Program-made: the position numbers and the translations under genes
From: Mustelus asterias
Taxonomy: Eukaryota
Assembly (NCBI RefSeq): GCF_964213995.1
Contig: NC_135808.1
Span: forward strand, 1,798,001 to 1,862,000
DNA: 64,000 bases
Reading direction: 5' to 3'
The notes under the pieces: model-generated
What the model saw: the letters and a program-made list of their open reading frames with translations, nothing else
Told to the model about the DNA's origin: nothing
Database searches by the model: none
Part shown: positions 28,101-39,470 of the stretch, in pieces
How the letters are laid out: every line of letters starts with the position of its first letter
How positions within the stretch are numbered: the stretch's first letter is position 1

Positions 28101-31100
28101 ATCAATGGAGTTCAGATGTAGACCAGCCATGTTCTAATTCAATGGTACACGAGGTCTCAGACTCCAAAGGCTCCTCCTCTTCCTATGCCGCAGAGGTAAC
28201 CTCGATGATGAATGATCCATAGAATTCCTACAGTGCAGAAGGAGGCCATTAAGCCCATCGAGTCCACACTGTCTCCAAAAAATCGTCTTATCCAGGCCCA
28301 TCCCACCTGCCCTATCCCCGTAACTCTGCAGATTTAACATGGCCAACCCCCTAACCTACACATCTTTGAACACTAAAGGGAAATTTAGCATGGCCAATTC
28401 ATCTAACCTGTACATCTTTGGACACTAAGGGGCAATTTAGCATGGCCAATCCACCTAACCTGCACATCTTTGGACACGAAGGGGCAATTTAGCATGGCCA
28501 ATCCACCTAACCTGTACATCTTTGGACACTAAGGGGCAATTTAGGATGGCTAATCCACCTAACCTGCGCATCTTTGGAAACTAAGGGGCAATTTAGCATG
28601 GCCAATCCACCTAACCTGCACATCATTGGACACTAAGGGGCAATTTAGCATGGCCAATCCACCCAACCTGCACATCTTGGGAGTGTGGGAGGAAACCAGA
28701 GCACCCGGAGGAAGCCCACACAGACACGGGGAGAACGTGCAGACTCCGCACAGACAGTGACCCGAGATCGGAATCGAACAGAGGACCCTGGTACTGGGAA
28801 GCTGCAGTGCTAACCACTGTGCTACCGTGCCACCCATAAAGAAGCACAAGTCTCCGTTTCAGCATTGACGTTAGCCTATTCAGTGGGTGCTGTACAGACA
28901 GAGGAATTTTCCAGCATGCCCGCCCCCTCGGAGGACGGCAATCTCCATTGGCCTCAGGTGGGATCATATGAATCTTGGTTGGACGTGCCGGTAAAATTCC
29001 ACCCAAAATGTCAGCATAGTCATTTGGGAACTCCAGACAGACCAACACAAAGTCCATTGACTTTGGGTGTAAATTTTCCAGTCCCTACGGGCTAGGTGGG
29101 GGATAGGAAAACCCTGCACAATGGGCAGGATTTTTCCGACTGTTCATGTTGGCGAAATCTTCCATGGGTTTCCCGGTGGCGTGGGCTTGATTCAATGGGA
29201 AATCCCATTGTCAGCGGCGGGACTGGAAGATCCCGTGGCCGGCCAATGACAGGCCACTCCTGTCGCCGAGGAACACGCCGCGCGGAGCGCCAGAGAATCC
29301 CGCCCCATTGGTCAGGTGAGTTTCCCATTCCACTCGATGAAGTCACCGGAGGGTTATGATGGGGGCGTGGGGGTGGGTGGGGAGGGGGGGTTGGGTGGGG
29401 CTGGGTGGGTACGGGGGAGGGGGGTAAGATGGGGGAGGAGGGGCTCTGAAACCAGCCTTCCGCCTGCTCTCATGTTATATAAGATACGGGAGCAGGATCG
29501 GCCATTTCGTTCCTCACGTCTTGTCCACCATTCCAGCAAGTCATCTGATTGTGGTCCCGACACCACTTTCCCACCTGACCCCATCACCGTTTTCTCAGCT
29601 GGACAATTACGGACCCACGCAGACACGGGGCGAACGTGCAGACTCTGCACGGACAGTGAACTGAGGCGGGAATCAAACCCGGGTCCCTGGCGCTGTGAAG
29701 CAGCAGTGCTAACCACTGTGCCGCCATGCTGCCAATGATGGGCTAGCAAGCTACAGTTCAAGGGGCAGTTAGGGATGGGTAAGAAATGCTGGCCCAGCCA
29801 GTAACGCCTGCATCCTGTAACTCGGTTTGGATTACAACTCAAACTCTCAGCAAGATCCAGCTTGTTAACATTACACACATCGAGTTACAATGTTAATATT
29901 CCTCATTCCTCTTGGCCCAGGTACTTGGAATTATCCAAATATTTCCCATCATAATTGTGATCATTTAAAGATTTCATCCATCGGTGTGTGTTTTCTCACT
30001 TTCTTTTATTCAGTTACAGGATGTGGGCGTCGCTGGCCGAGCAAGCATTTGTTGCCCAACCTTAATTGCCCCTTGAACTGTGGCTTGCTGGGCCATAGTG
30101 GGCGACATGGTGGCACAGTGGTTAGCACTGCTGCCTCACAGTGCCGGGGACCCGAGTTCGATTCCCAGCTTGGGTCACTGTCTGTCCAGAGTCTGCACTA
30201 TGACTGCGTGGACTTCCTCCGGGTACTCCAGTTTCCTCCCACACACCAAAGATGTGTAGGTTAGGTGGATTGGCCATGCTAAATTGCCCCTTAGTGATCT
30301 AGAATATGTAGGTTAGAGGGATTAGCGGGGTAAATATGCAGTGTTACGGGGGTAGGGCCTGGGTGGGACTGCTGTCGGTACAGACCTGATGGGCTGAATG
30401 GCCTCCTTCTGGATTGTCGGGATTCTATTTAAGGGGACAGTTGAGAGTCAACTACATTGCTGTGGGTTTGGAGCCAGATGTAAGCCAGACTGGGTAAGCA
30501 TGGCTGATTTTGGGACGAGAGTTGGATGATCAGCCATGACCATAATGAATGAAGAGCAGGTCCGAAGGGCAGAATGGCCTCCTCCTGCTCCTATTTCCTA
30601 TGTTTGGTGAACCAGATGGATTTTTATGACAATCAACAATGCTTCCATGGTCACCGTTAGACTTTCCAATTCCAATCCCTGATTGATATTGAGTCCAGAT
30701 TTCATGATCTGCCATGGTGGGGTTTGAACCCGGGTCCCCAGAGCATTACCCTGGGTCTCTGGATTATAGTTCAGCGACAATACCAGCATTGGGGGTGGCA
30801 CAGTGGTTAGCACTGCTGCCTCACAGCGCCAGGGACCCGGGTTCAATTCCCGGCTTGGGTCACTGTTTGTGCGAAGTTTGCACGTTCTCCCCGTGTCTGC
30901 GTGGGTTTCCTCCGGGTGCTCCGGTTTCCTCCCACAGTGCGAAAGACGTGCTGGTTAGGTGCATTGGCCGTGCTAAATTCCCCCTCAGTGTACCCGAACA
31001 GGCGCCGGAGTGTGGCGACTAGGGGATTTTCACAATAATTTCATTGCAGTGTTAATGTACTTGCAACACTAATAAATAAATGTAAAAACTTACCACGACG

Positions 31101-34100
31101 CCACTTCCCATTTATTAACAACTCAAACTTAATGTAGAGCAGGATACAAACACAAACCTGTTTGGAGAAACAGAAATTTGACTTCAATGGGTTCCTGCGG
31201 CGCACTTGCTTTTGTGACCTGGGTTTTTTCTGATTGGTGTCAGAAGATGGGTGTCCGTGCGCGATCAAAGCTCACTTTAATATTGAGCACAGCTGAATAT
31301 AACACACTTCCCCATTTCCCGCCACCCTTGTACCTCCAAGAAGTTGATCAACTCCCTTTGGTCCATTTGTGAGTGCAGCTGTGACAGCTTTTGCTGAATG
31401 GACTCCAGGTGACTCCTTATCTCCTGCAGGTTCTTCCCCATCACCTCCGAAATGTTCTCCTCGTGATCCTTGAGCTCTCGAATCAAACTCTCTTCCTTCC
31501 TGTCGAGGAACTGGTGCATCTTGGCGAACTCAGAGGAAATGAGGTTCTGCAGGCTGGTCGACTTCTCCTGCAGTGCGACAAATGAGGGAAACCGGTCAAA
31601 TCTACCACGCCCGAACACCAGACAGTGAGGGAGGGACAGGATCTCAAGGGATAAAGGGGGAGGTGGCTAGATAGGTGGAGAACTGGCTTGGTCACAGAAG
31701 ACAGAGGGTGGTAGTGGAAGGGTCTTTTTCCGGCTGGATGCCTGTGCCTAGTGGTGTTCCGCAGGGCTCTGTATTGGGACCTCTGCTGTTTGTGATTTAT
31801 ATAAACAATCTGGAAGAAGGTGTAACTGGGGTGATCAGTAAGTTTGCGGACGACACGAAAATGGCTGGACTTGCAGTTAGTGAGGAACATTGTCAGAGGC
31901 TACAGAAGGAGATAGATAGGCTGGAAATTTGGGCAAAGAAATGGCAGATGGAGTTCAATCCAGATAAATGCGAAGTGATGCATTTTGGTAGAACTAACGT
32001 GGGGGGGAGCTATACGATAAATGGCAGAACCATAAAGGGTGTAGATACGCAGAGAGACCTGGGTGTGCAAGTTCACAGATCCTTGAAGGTGACGTCACAG
32101 GTGGAGAAGCTTGTGAATAAGGCATCTGGCATGCTTGCCTTTATAGGACGGGGCATAGAGTATAAAAGTTGGGGTCTGATGTTGCAGTTGTATAGAACGT
32201 TGGTTCGGCCGCATTTGGAATACTGCGTCCAGTTCTGGTCGCCACACTACCAGAAGGACGTGGAGGCTTTAGAGAGAGTGCAGAGGAGGTTTACCAGGAT
32301 GTTGCCTGGTTTGGAAGGGCTTAGTTATGAGGAGAGATTGGGTAAACTGGGGTTGTTCTCACTGGAAAGACGGAGGATGAGGGGTGACCTAATAGAGGTG
32401 TATAAAATTATGAAAGGCATAGATAGGGTGAACGGTGGGAAGCTTTTTCCCAGATCGGTGGTGACGTTCACGAGGTGTCATAGGTTCAAGGTGAGGGGGG
32501 GAGGAGGTTTAACACGGATATCAGAAGGACGTATTTTACTCAGAGGGTGGTGGGGGCCTGGAATGCGCTGCCGGGCAAGGTGGTGGAGGCGGACACACTG
32601 GGAACGTTTAAGACTTATCTAGATAGCCACATGAACGGAGTGGGAATGGAGGGATACAAAAGAATGGTCTAGTTTGGACCAGGGAGCGGCGTGGGCTTGG
32701 AGGGCTGATGGGCCTGTTCCTGTGCTGTATTGTTCTTTGTTTTTTGAAGAGAAGTGGGAGGGAACTTACACCAATTTCTGAAATGCTCTGTTTTTCCTTT
32801 AACTTGACTTCGAGAAGAGTGATCTTCTGCCTTAGCTTATCCAAGGATGATTTCAGTCTATCCTAGGGTTAAAAGCACTTGTTTTTAAAAAGAAATATTC
32901 ATATGTCCAGGTTGAAAAGCAAGACCATATATCGGTTGGGATACAATTCACTCAGCTCAGCTTGCTATGGTTTCTGCTCTGCCCAAGACCACAAGAACCA
33001 CAAAAGGTTGTGAATGTAGCCCAATCCATCACGCAAACCAGCCTCCCATCCATCGACTCTGTCTACACTTCCTGCTGCCTCGGAAATGCAGCCAGGACCC
33101 CAAGCACCTCAGACATATTCTCTTCTCCGGGTGCTCTGGTTTCCTCCCACAGTCTAAATTTACGCATGCTGGGTGGATTGGCCATGTTAAATTCTCCCTT
33201 AGTGTCAGGGGATTAGCAGGGTAAATATATGGGGCTGCAGGAATGGGACCTGGGTGGGATTGTGCTAAATGCAGACTTGATGGGCTGAATGGCCTCCTTC
33301 TGCAATGTAGGGATTCTATGATCCTTCCACGTTTTTCCATCGGGGGAAAATATACAAAAGTCTAAGGTCACGTACCAACCGACTCAAGAACAGCTTCTTC
33401 CCTGCTGCCATCAGACTTTTGAATGGACCTACCTCACATTAAGTTGATCTTTCTCTACACCCTAGCTATGACTGTAACACTACATTCTGCACTCTCTCCT
33501 TTCCTTCTCCATGAATGGTATGCTTTGTCTGTATAGCTCGCAAGAAACAATACTTTTCACTGTGTGTTAATACATGTAAATTAAATCAAATCAAATCAAA
33601 GAGTTGCCATTTTACTGGACAGCTTTGGCAAGGATCCCAACTTTCTTCCCAACACATTGTTGGCCATGAATCTCTCCCACCCTTACCGCTAACCATTGGT
33701 GTACACCGGAAACATTTGCAGATTGGTACTCAATCCTTTTGGCTGCATTGTCAACTGATTCACGAATGTCCGTTGGGGGAAGGAAATCTGCTGTTCTTAC
33801 CCGGTCTGGCCTACATGTCATAGGAGAATCCCGACAGTGCAGAATTCTATCGAGTCTGAACATCTCCCTCTGAAACAATAGTTTATCCAGGGCCTATCCC
33901 CATAACCTCTCACGTTTACCACGGCTAATCCATCTAATTTAGACTTATTTTGGACACGAAGAGGCAATCTAGCATGGCCAATCCAGCCAACCTGCATATC
34001 ATGGGATACTAAGGGGCAATTTAGCATGGCCAATCCCCCTAAACTACACATCTTTGGACACTAAGGGTCATTTTACCGTGGCCAATCCACCCAATCTGCC

Positions 34101-36796
34101 TGTCTTTGGACACTAAGCAGCAATTTTGCATGGCCAGTCCAACTAACCTGCACATCTTTGGACACTAAGGGGCAATTTAGCATGGCCAATCCACCTAACG
34201 TACTCATCTTTGGACAATAATGGGTAATTTAACATGGCCAATCCACCCAACCTGCATATCTTTGGACACTAAGGAGCCATTTAGCATGGCCAATCCACCT
34301 GACCTGCACATCCTTTGGACACTAAGGGGCAATTTTTAAAAAAAGTTTATTTATTGGTGTCACAAGCAGGCTTACATGAACAGTGCAATGAAGTTACTGT
34401 GAAAATCCCCCATTCGCCACACTCCAGCGCCTGTTCGGGTACACTGAGGGAGAATTTAGCATGGCCAATCTACCTAACCTACACATCTTTGGACAGTAAG
34501 GGCCAATTTAGCATGGCCAATCCACCTTAGCCTGCACATCTTTGGCCACTGAGGGGCAATTCTTTTAAGGTTTATTTATTAGGGTCACAAGTAGGCTTAC
34601 ATTAACACTGCAATGAAGTTATTGTGAACATCCCCTAGTTGCCACACTTCAACGCCTGTTCAGGTACGCTGAGGGAGAATTTAGCACGGCCAATGCACCT
34701 AACCAGCAAATCTTTCTGTGGGAGGAAACCGGAGCAGCCGGAGGAAACCCACGCAGACATGGGGAGAACGTGCAGATTCTGCGTAGACAGTGACCCAGAA
34801 TCGAACCCGGCGCTGGTGCTGTGAGGCAGCAGTGCTAACCACTGTGCCACTGTGACTCCAGACCCCAGCAGTATGGTTAACTCTGAAATAACCCAATACA
34901 GATCGAGGGCAGTTCGAGATGGGCAATAAATGGTGGACCAGCCAGTGATGCCCACATCCCAGGCATGAAATAATTTCAGAAATCATGCGTTCCTCAACCC
35001 TCAAGTCCTGAGGGAGGACTCGATCCCGGAATGATGTGGTTCAGAGCAGGGACTGCGCCACAAAGGCTCAGTCAGGCAGGGCTGGGAGACACTTTTAACA
35101 TCAGGAGATGGAACAAAACAGGCGATGTTGAATTAACCAATCCTGATTTTTGGGTGAGTTGAGGGATGGGCGATTGCCCCCACAGCGCCTGTTTTTGTGT
35201 AAAGGTTAAAATCACTCCAATGCTACAGTTACGAAAGGCCACCACGTCTCTACTTTCTCAGCAGATTAAGGAAATTTGACATGTCAGCTACGACTCTCAC
35301 CAACTTTTACAGGTGCACCATAGAAAGCATTCTTTCTGGCTGTATCACAGTTTCTGCTCTGCCCAAGACCGCAAGGAACTGCAAAGGGTCGTGAATGAAA
35401 TCCAGTCCATCACTCAAACCAGCCTCCCATCCATTGACTCTGCCTACACTTCCTGCTGTCTCGGCAAAGCAGCCAGCATAATCAAGTACCCCACGCAACC
35501 TGGGACATTCTCTCTTCCACCATCTTCCGTCGGGAAAAAGATACAAAAGTCCGAAATCACGTACCAACCGACTCAAGAACAGCTTCTTCCCTGCTGCCAT
35601 CAGACCTTTGAATGGACCTACCTCGCATTAAGTTGATCTTTCTCTACACCCTAGCTGTGACTGTAACACTACATTCTGCACTCTCTCCTTTCCTTCTCCC
35701 CTATGTACTCTATGAACGTTATGCTTTGTCTGGAAAGTGCGCAAGAAACAATACTTTTCACCATATTCCAATATGTGACAATAGAAAATCAAATGAAATC
35801 ACTCCCTGCTACAGATATAAAGTAGTTCCAAAGAGGAGTCATACTGGATTGGAAGTGTTAGCTCTGTATCTCTCTCTCTCCACAGCCAGAGCTATTGAGT
35901 TTATCCAGAACTTGCCGTTTTTCTGATTTGTGAGACAGAATTAAAGTTTAAGTTTACTTATTAGTGTCACAAGTAGGTTTACATTAACACTGCAATGAAG
36001 TTACTGTGAAAATCTCCTAGTTGCCACACTCCGGCGCCTGTTCGGGTAACACTGAGAGAGAATTTAGCACGGCCAATGCACTTAACCAGCACGTCTTTCA
36101 GGCTGTGTGAGGAAACCGGAGCACCCCGAGGAAACCCACGCAGACACGGGGAGAACGTGCAGACTCCACACAGACAGTGACCCGAGCCAGGAATCGAACG
36201 TGGGTCCCTGGCGCAGTGAGGCAGCGGTGCCAACCACTGTGCCACCGTGCCAACCACTGTGCCACCGTGCCAACCACTGTGCCACCGTGAAATAGCCCCG
36301 GTTTCACCTTGTACTTCACCACTGCCTCGTGTATCAGCATAAAGTTGTGGAACTTGTGACTGCGGCCTCCTCTCCCGTCCAGGCACATCACACAGATAAG
36401 TTCCTTGTCGGTCTCACAGAAGAGTTTCAGCTCCTCTTGGTGTTCACTGCAGTACAGTTTGACGCCAGGACCCTTGGGTTTCACTGGCATAGCCGGGGGT
36501 CCCCGGCACTCCTGGCTGGCGGGTTCCGGCCGTTCGTTGTTGGCAGGAGCCAGCCGCAGGTTCCTCACCCTGTCGGCGAGATTGGCCAGGGCCCGGTTGA
36601 CCCTCAGGCTGTTGCCTCTCGACACCTTGCGGCACTCGGGACAGCAGTTTCTCTCCGTCTTCTCCCAGTGTACGCCGATACAGGCCTGGCAGAAGTTGTG
36701 GCCGCAGTCCAGGATCACGGGCTGCCGAAAGAGCTCCAGGCAGATGGGGCAGTTCAGGTATTTAGTCAGACTCTCGGCATGTTCCTTCGATGCCAT
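12589..36796 (-). CDS. TRIM family E3 ubiquitin ligase (RING, B-box2, coiled-coil, PRY-SPRY/B30.2), TRIM69/A33/nuclear factor 7-like; join complement(36308..36796,32770..32862,31334..31567,27824..27846,27615..27721,12589..13133), 496 aa
   Basis: Six exons (489, 93, 234, 23, 107, 545 nt) with canonical splice sites and phases 0,0,0,2,1 give one open frame. Exon pattern is typical of class IV (B30.2) TRIMs. Confidence 0.92.
14483..14836 (+). mobile_element. HE1-type tRNA-derived V-SINE (representative complete copy; dozens more, e.g. 3311-3651 -, 21500-21820 +, 57711-58045 +, 63653-63965 +)
   Basis: tRNA-like head with A box (gtagcgcagtgg) and B box (ggttcgattcc), V-domain core (tgtgtggagtttgcac...ctccggtttcctcccaca), CR1-type 3' tail (gggccgaatggcctcc...ttctatga). 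Confidence 0.85.
15415..16357 (-). mobile_element. 5'-truncated CR1 LINE, close relative of the 21880-26115 copy
   Basis: RT C-terminus ([30 protein letters not shown]) and TTCT tail; sequence closely matches 25177-26115 in the opposite orientation. Confidence 0.92.
17531..19330 (+). mobile_element. Rex1/Babar-like LINE, 5'-truncated and frameshifted
   Basis: RT motifs [49 protein letters not shown]; (AAATC)n tail. Shorter 3' copies at about 6745-7295, 7875-8060, 32960-33600, 35237-35800, 41025-41810, 43500-44200, 45280-45600. Confidence 0.8.
19860..20690 (+). repeat. 52-bp tandem array (about 16 copies) inside an HE1-type SINE; similar arrays at 8450-8810, 26470-27250, 28340-28680, 33950-34560, 37727-38330, 48755-49310
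   Basis: 52-nt periodicity (ttggccatg at 19881, 19933, 19985...). Confidence 0.95.
21880..26115 (+). mobile_element. Near full-length CR1-clade LINE (HER1-like), decayed ORF2
   Basis: ORF1 22212-23147 (CxxC..CxxC zinc finger + SGNH esterase GDS/HVGT/DGVH). ORF2 APE endonuclease (YLNARS, ITETW, GDFN, SDH) and RT ([27 protein letters not shown]) broken near 23520, 23960, 24110 and 25500. 3' (TTCTATG) tail. 5' boundary approximate. Confidence 0.93.
22212..23147 (+). CDS. CR1 LINE ORF1p (zinc finger + SGNH esterase), intact frame
   Basis: 311-aa ORF: CTSC...CGRC, leucine-rich coiled coil, IVIGDS, VHVGT, DGVHLN. Confidence 0.75.
   Translation: MEGMEVKAVQCTSCRMFEVRDTDSVPADYTCGRCTHLQLLQDRVRELELELDELRVIREAERAIDTSFRDIVAPGNENRWVTVRGAGRKQSVRGSPVVVPLSNKYSTLDTGEGGDLPVVSRSDQIASAESVPVAQKGKGESGGAIVIGDSFVRGIDRRFCGNKRDSRMVCCLPDARFRDISDRVFRILKGEGEQSQVVVHVGTKDIGKRGDGDLKQEFRELGWKLRARTKQVVISGMLPVPRDSELRNRERVQLNTWMQGWCRREGFSYVDNWNTFWGRWDLYQQDGVHLNQKGTNILGGKFATALRGDLN
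27615..27721 (-). CDS. TRIM exon 5: linker
   Basis: [35 protein letters not shown] with the GPLQYxVW motif of TRIM69/A33-like proteins; donor CCAG|GTAAGA. Confidence 0.88.
27824..27846 (-). CDS. TRIM exon 4: 23-nt microexon
   Basis: ttttaccttcAG|GAAGAAGCTTGTGGACAAAAGAG|GTAATA; a 23-nt exon is typical of this TRIM class. Confidence 0.85.
31334..31567 (-). CDS. TRIM exon 3: coiled-coil
   Basis: ctgcAG|[26 protein letters not shown]...RELINFLE|GTACAA; 234 nt. Confidence 0.92.
31655..32745 (+). mobile_element. 5'-truncated CR1 LINE in TRIM intron 2
   Basis: [23 protein letters not shown] motifs; tail gggcctgttcctgtgctgtattgttctttgtt. Confidence 0.92.
32770..32862 (-). CDS. TRIM exon 2: coiled-coil
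   Basis: ccctAG|[31 protein letters not shown]|GTAAGT; 93 nt, phase 0-0. Confidence 0.9.
36308..36796 (-). CDS. TRIM exon 1: RING (C3HC4) and B-box2
   Basis: [10 protein letters not shown]...[25 protein letters not shown]...CPECR; [23 protein letters not shown]...H..H; donor AAG|GTGAAA. Confidence 0.95.
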
Positions 36797-39294
36797 CTTC
36801 CCGCTTCGCCCCCTCCCCTGACACAAGTTGCCCTGACTTCTCCCGTCACCTCCCCAGAGCTTATACAATGGCACCTCTTGTTTGAGATGTTGCAGGAGTA
36901 AGTGCAGTACTAACTGTGCAAAAACAAGACAGAAGATACAAAGAATGTTGCCAAATTGGGTTAGAAAGATTCTCCTGTCTTTAACGGTTCCACCCCCAAA
37001 TTCTTGCCATTGGCTGCCTGACAGACAGTGATGCCCCCAGTGGTCAGTACTGTAACTACAGTTGTTCGATACATATTCACAAACAGATATATAAATAATC
37101 AGGAATTATACCAGGCATCGTTCCAAACTGTGCAGATTATCCCACACTGGGAAATGTACAATTTTAAAGGTGGTTTAATTTGACAAGATTAAGAATTAAC
37201 ATCGGGATATCTGTCAGATTAAAGTTTTAAAGTTTATTTATTAGTCACAAGTCGGCTTACATTAACACTGCGATGAAGTTACTGTGAAAAAATCCCCGAT
37301 TCGCCACACTCTGGTGCCTGTTCGGGTACACTGAGGGAGAATTTAGCACGGCCAATGCACCAAATCTGCACATCTTTCAGACTGTGGGAGGAAACTGGAG
37401 GAAACCCACACAGACACGGGGAGAACATGCAAACTCCACACAGACAGTGACCCAAGGCCGAGAATCAAACCCGAGTCTCTGGCGCTGTGAGGCAGCAGTG
37501 CTAAAATGAAAGAAGATCATTTTTAACCATGTTACTTAGAATCATAGATTCCCTGAAAAGCAGAAGGAGGCCATTCGGCCCATTAAGTCTGTACCGACAA
37601 CAATCCCACCCAGGCCCTATCCCCATAACCCCATGTATTTACCCTGCTAATCCACTGACTAGGGTCAATTTAACATGGCCAATCCACCTAACCTGCACAT
37701 CTTTGGACAATAAGGGGCAATTTAATATGTAGGTTAGGTGGATTGGCCGTGCTAAATTGCCCCTTAGTGTCCAAAGATGTGCGGGTTAGGTGGATTGGCC
37801 ATGCTAAATTGCTCCTTAGTATCCAAAGATGTGTAGGTTAGGTGGATTGGCCATGCTAAATTGCTCCTTAGTATCCAAAGATGTGTAGGTTAGGTGGATT
37901 GGCCATGTTAAATTGCTCCTTAGTGTCCAAAGATGTGTAGGTTAGGTGGATTGGCCGTGCTAAATTGCCCCTTAGTGTCCAAAGATGTGCAGATTAGGTG
38001 GATTGGCCATGCTAAATTGCTCCTTAGTATCCAAAGATGTGTAGGTTAGGTGGATTGGTCATGTTAAATTGCTCCTTAGTGTCCAAAGATGTGCAGGTTA
38101 GGTGGATTGGCCATGTTAAATTGCCCCTTAGTGTCCAAAGATGTGTAGGTTAGGTGGATTAGCCATGTTAAATTGCCCCTTAGTGTCCAAAGATGTGCAG
38201 GTTAGATGGATTGGCCATGCTAAATTGCCCCTTAGTGTCCAAAGATATGTAGCTAAGTTGGATTGGCCATGCTAAATTGCCCCTTAGTGTCCAAAGATAT
38301 GTAGCTAAGTTGGATTGGCCATGCTAAATGCGTAGGGTTACGGGAAGGGGATTGGGGATAGGGCTTGGGTAAGATACTCTGCCAGAGAGTCAGTGCAGAC
38401 CCGATGGACCGAATGGCCCTTTCTGCACTGTAGGGATGCTATGATTCCATTAAAATACGAGAGAGGATGAAAGTGTAAGGCTTCAGTAACAGTGAGATGA
38501 GGCTCACCTTGGTTTAGACGTTCAGAGAAAAGGTAAATAAGAGGTACTCATGATTAAAACAGGAAGGCACATAAGCAGCTCCAACATAACACGGGGAGAA
38601 GGTGCAGACTTCACGCAGACACGGGGAGAATGTGCAAACTCCACACAGACAGTGACCCGAGACTAGAATTGAACCCGGGTCTCTGGCACTGTGAGGCAGC
38701 AGTGCTAACCACTGTGCCGCCGTGTCAGCTCGGCTGGCTATGGAAGCAGACAAAAGTCCACCTTAGTGCACCACGAGGTGCGGGGAGAGATTCCAGAGAA
38801 GGAACAGGTGGGGAATGGCACTCGGTGAATTGCAGAGAGGCAGCACAAGTACAATGGGCCAAATGGCCTCATTCTGTGCTGTGATGATTAAATGAAAGGC
38901 TGTTTTGACAAAGAGGCGTGTGCAATGGCACTTGTTTAAAAGGATGGATGATAGGCTTGGCTTTGGAAGTCAAGTTCATTACAGTCAGTAATAAACATGT
39001 CAGCATTAGCAATACATTCCCTTCCATTTCACATTGCCTCAGGTGAACTGGAGTCCATGTTCAGCTTGCTGAGAGAGACTGAAGAAAGCAGAGGGAACCC
39101 CCTAGCCTGTCAAATGCCACCGAGATCCACTCTGTATCCTATGCACTATCTCACTCCGTTCAGAAGTCGACAAACCTTCCTAATCTTTTGTTGAACTTTC
39201 AACTCTTCCTCGCTTGTTTGTGCAGGGCAATTGATTTTTCTTTTAACAAGATGGCAAGGTTGTGAAAAGCGATTTTGTTTTGGAGAAGGCACCG

Positions 39295-39470
39295 AGGTTT
39301 GCGTAAAACGCTTTGTTTGAACATTTTGTCAGCCTTTGTACCGGAGCCATACATTGGCTGACAGGTCAGTCCAAAGCCAAATATTCAGAGCAATATGTCA
39401 GCACCGAATGATCCCAGTCCATGAATGATTAACTGGGGTCCTCACTCACCCAGCGACTGACTTTGATTCT
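39295..39470. promoter_or_regulatory. Putative hepatocyte-type enhancer (C/EBP, HNF4-like, HNF1-like sites)
   Basis: TTGCGTAA 39299-39306, ATTGG 39353-39357, AGTCCAAAGCCA 39368-39379, ATGAATGATTAAC 39421-39433 (reverse GTTAATCATTCAT), in a repeat-free island. Confidence 0.4.

Noticed and set aside
36098-36307. C-terminal extension of the RING/B-box ORF
   Set aside because: Read-through past the exon 1 donor into an intronic SINE.
38997-39194. 65-aa ORF with an acceptor-like ttgcctcAG
   Set aside because: No recognisable domain or partner exon; could be non-coding.
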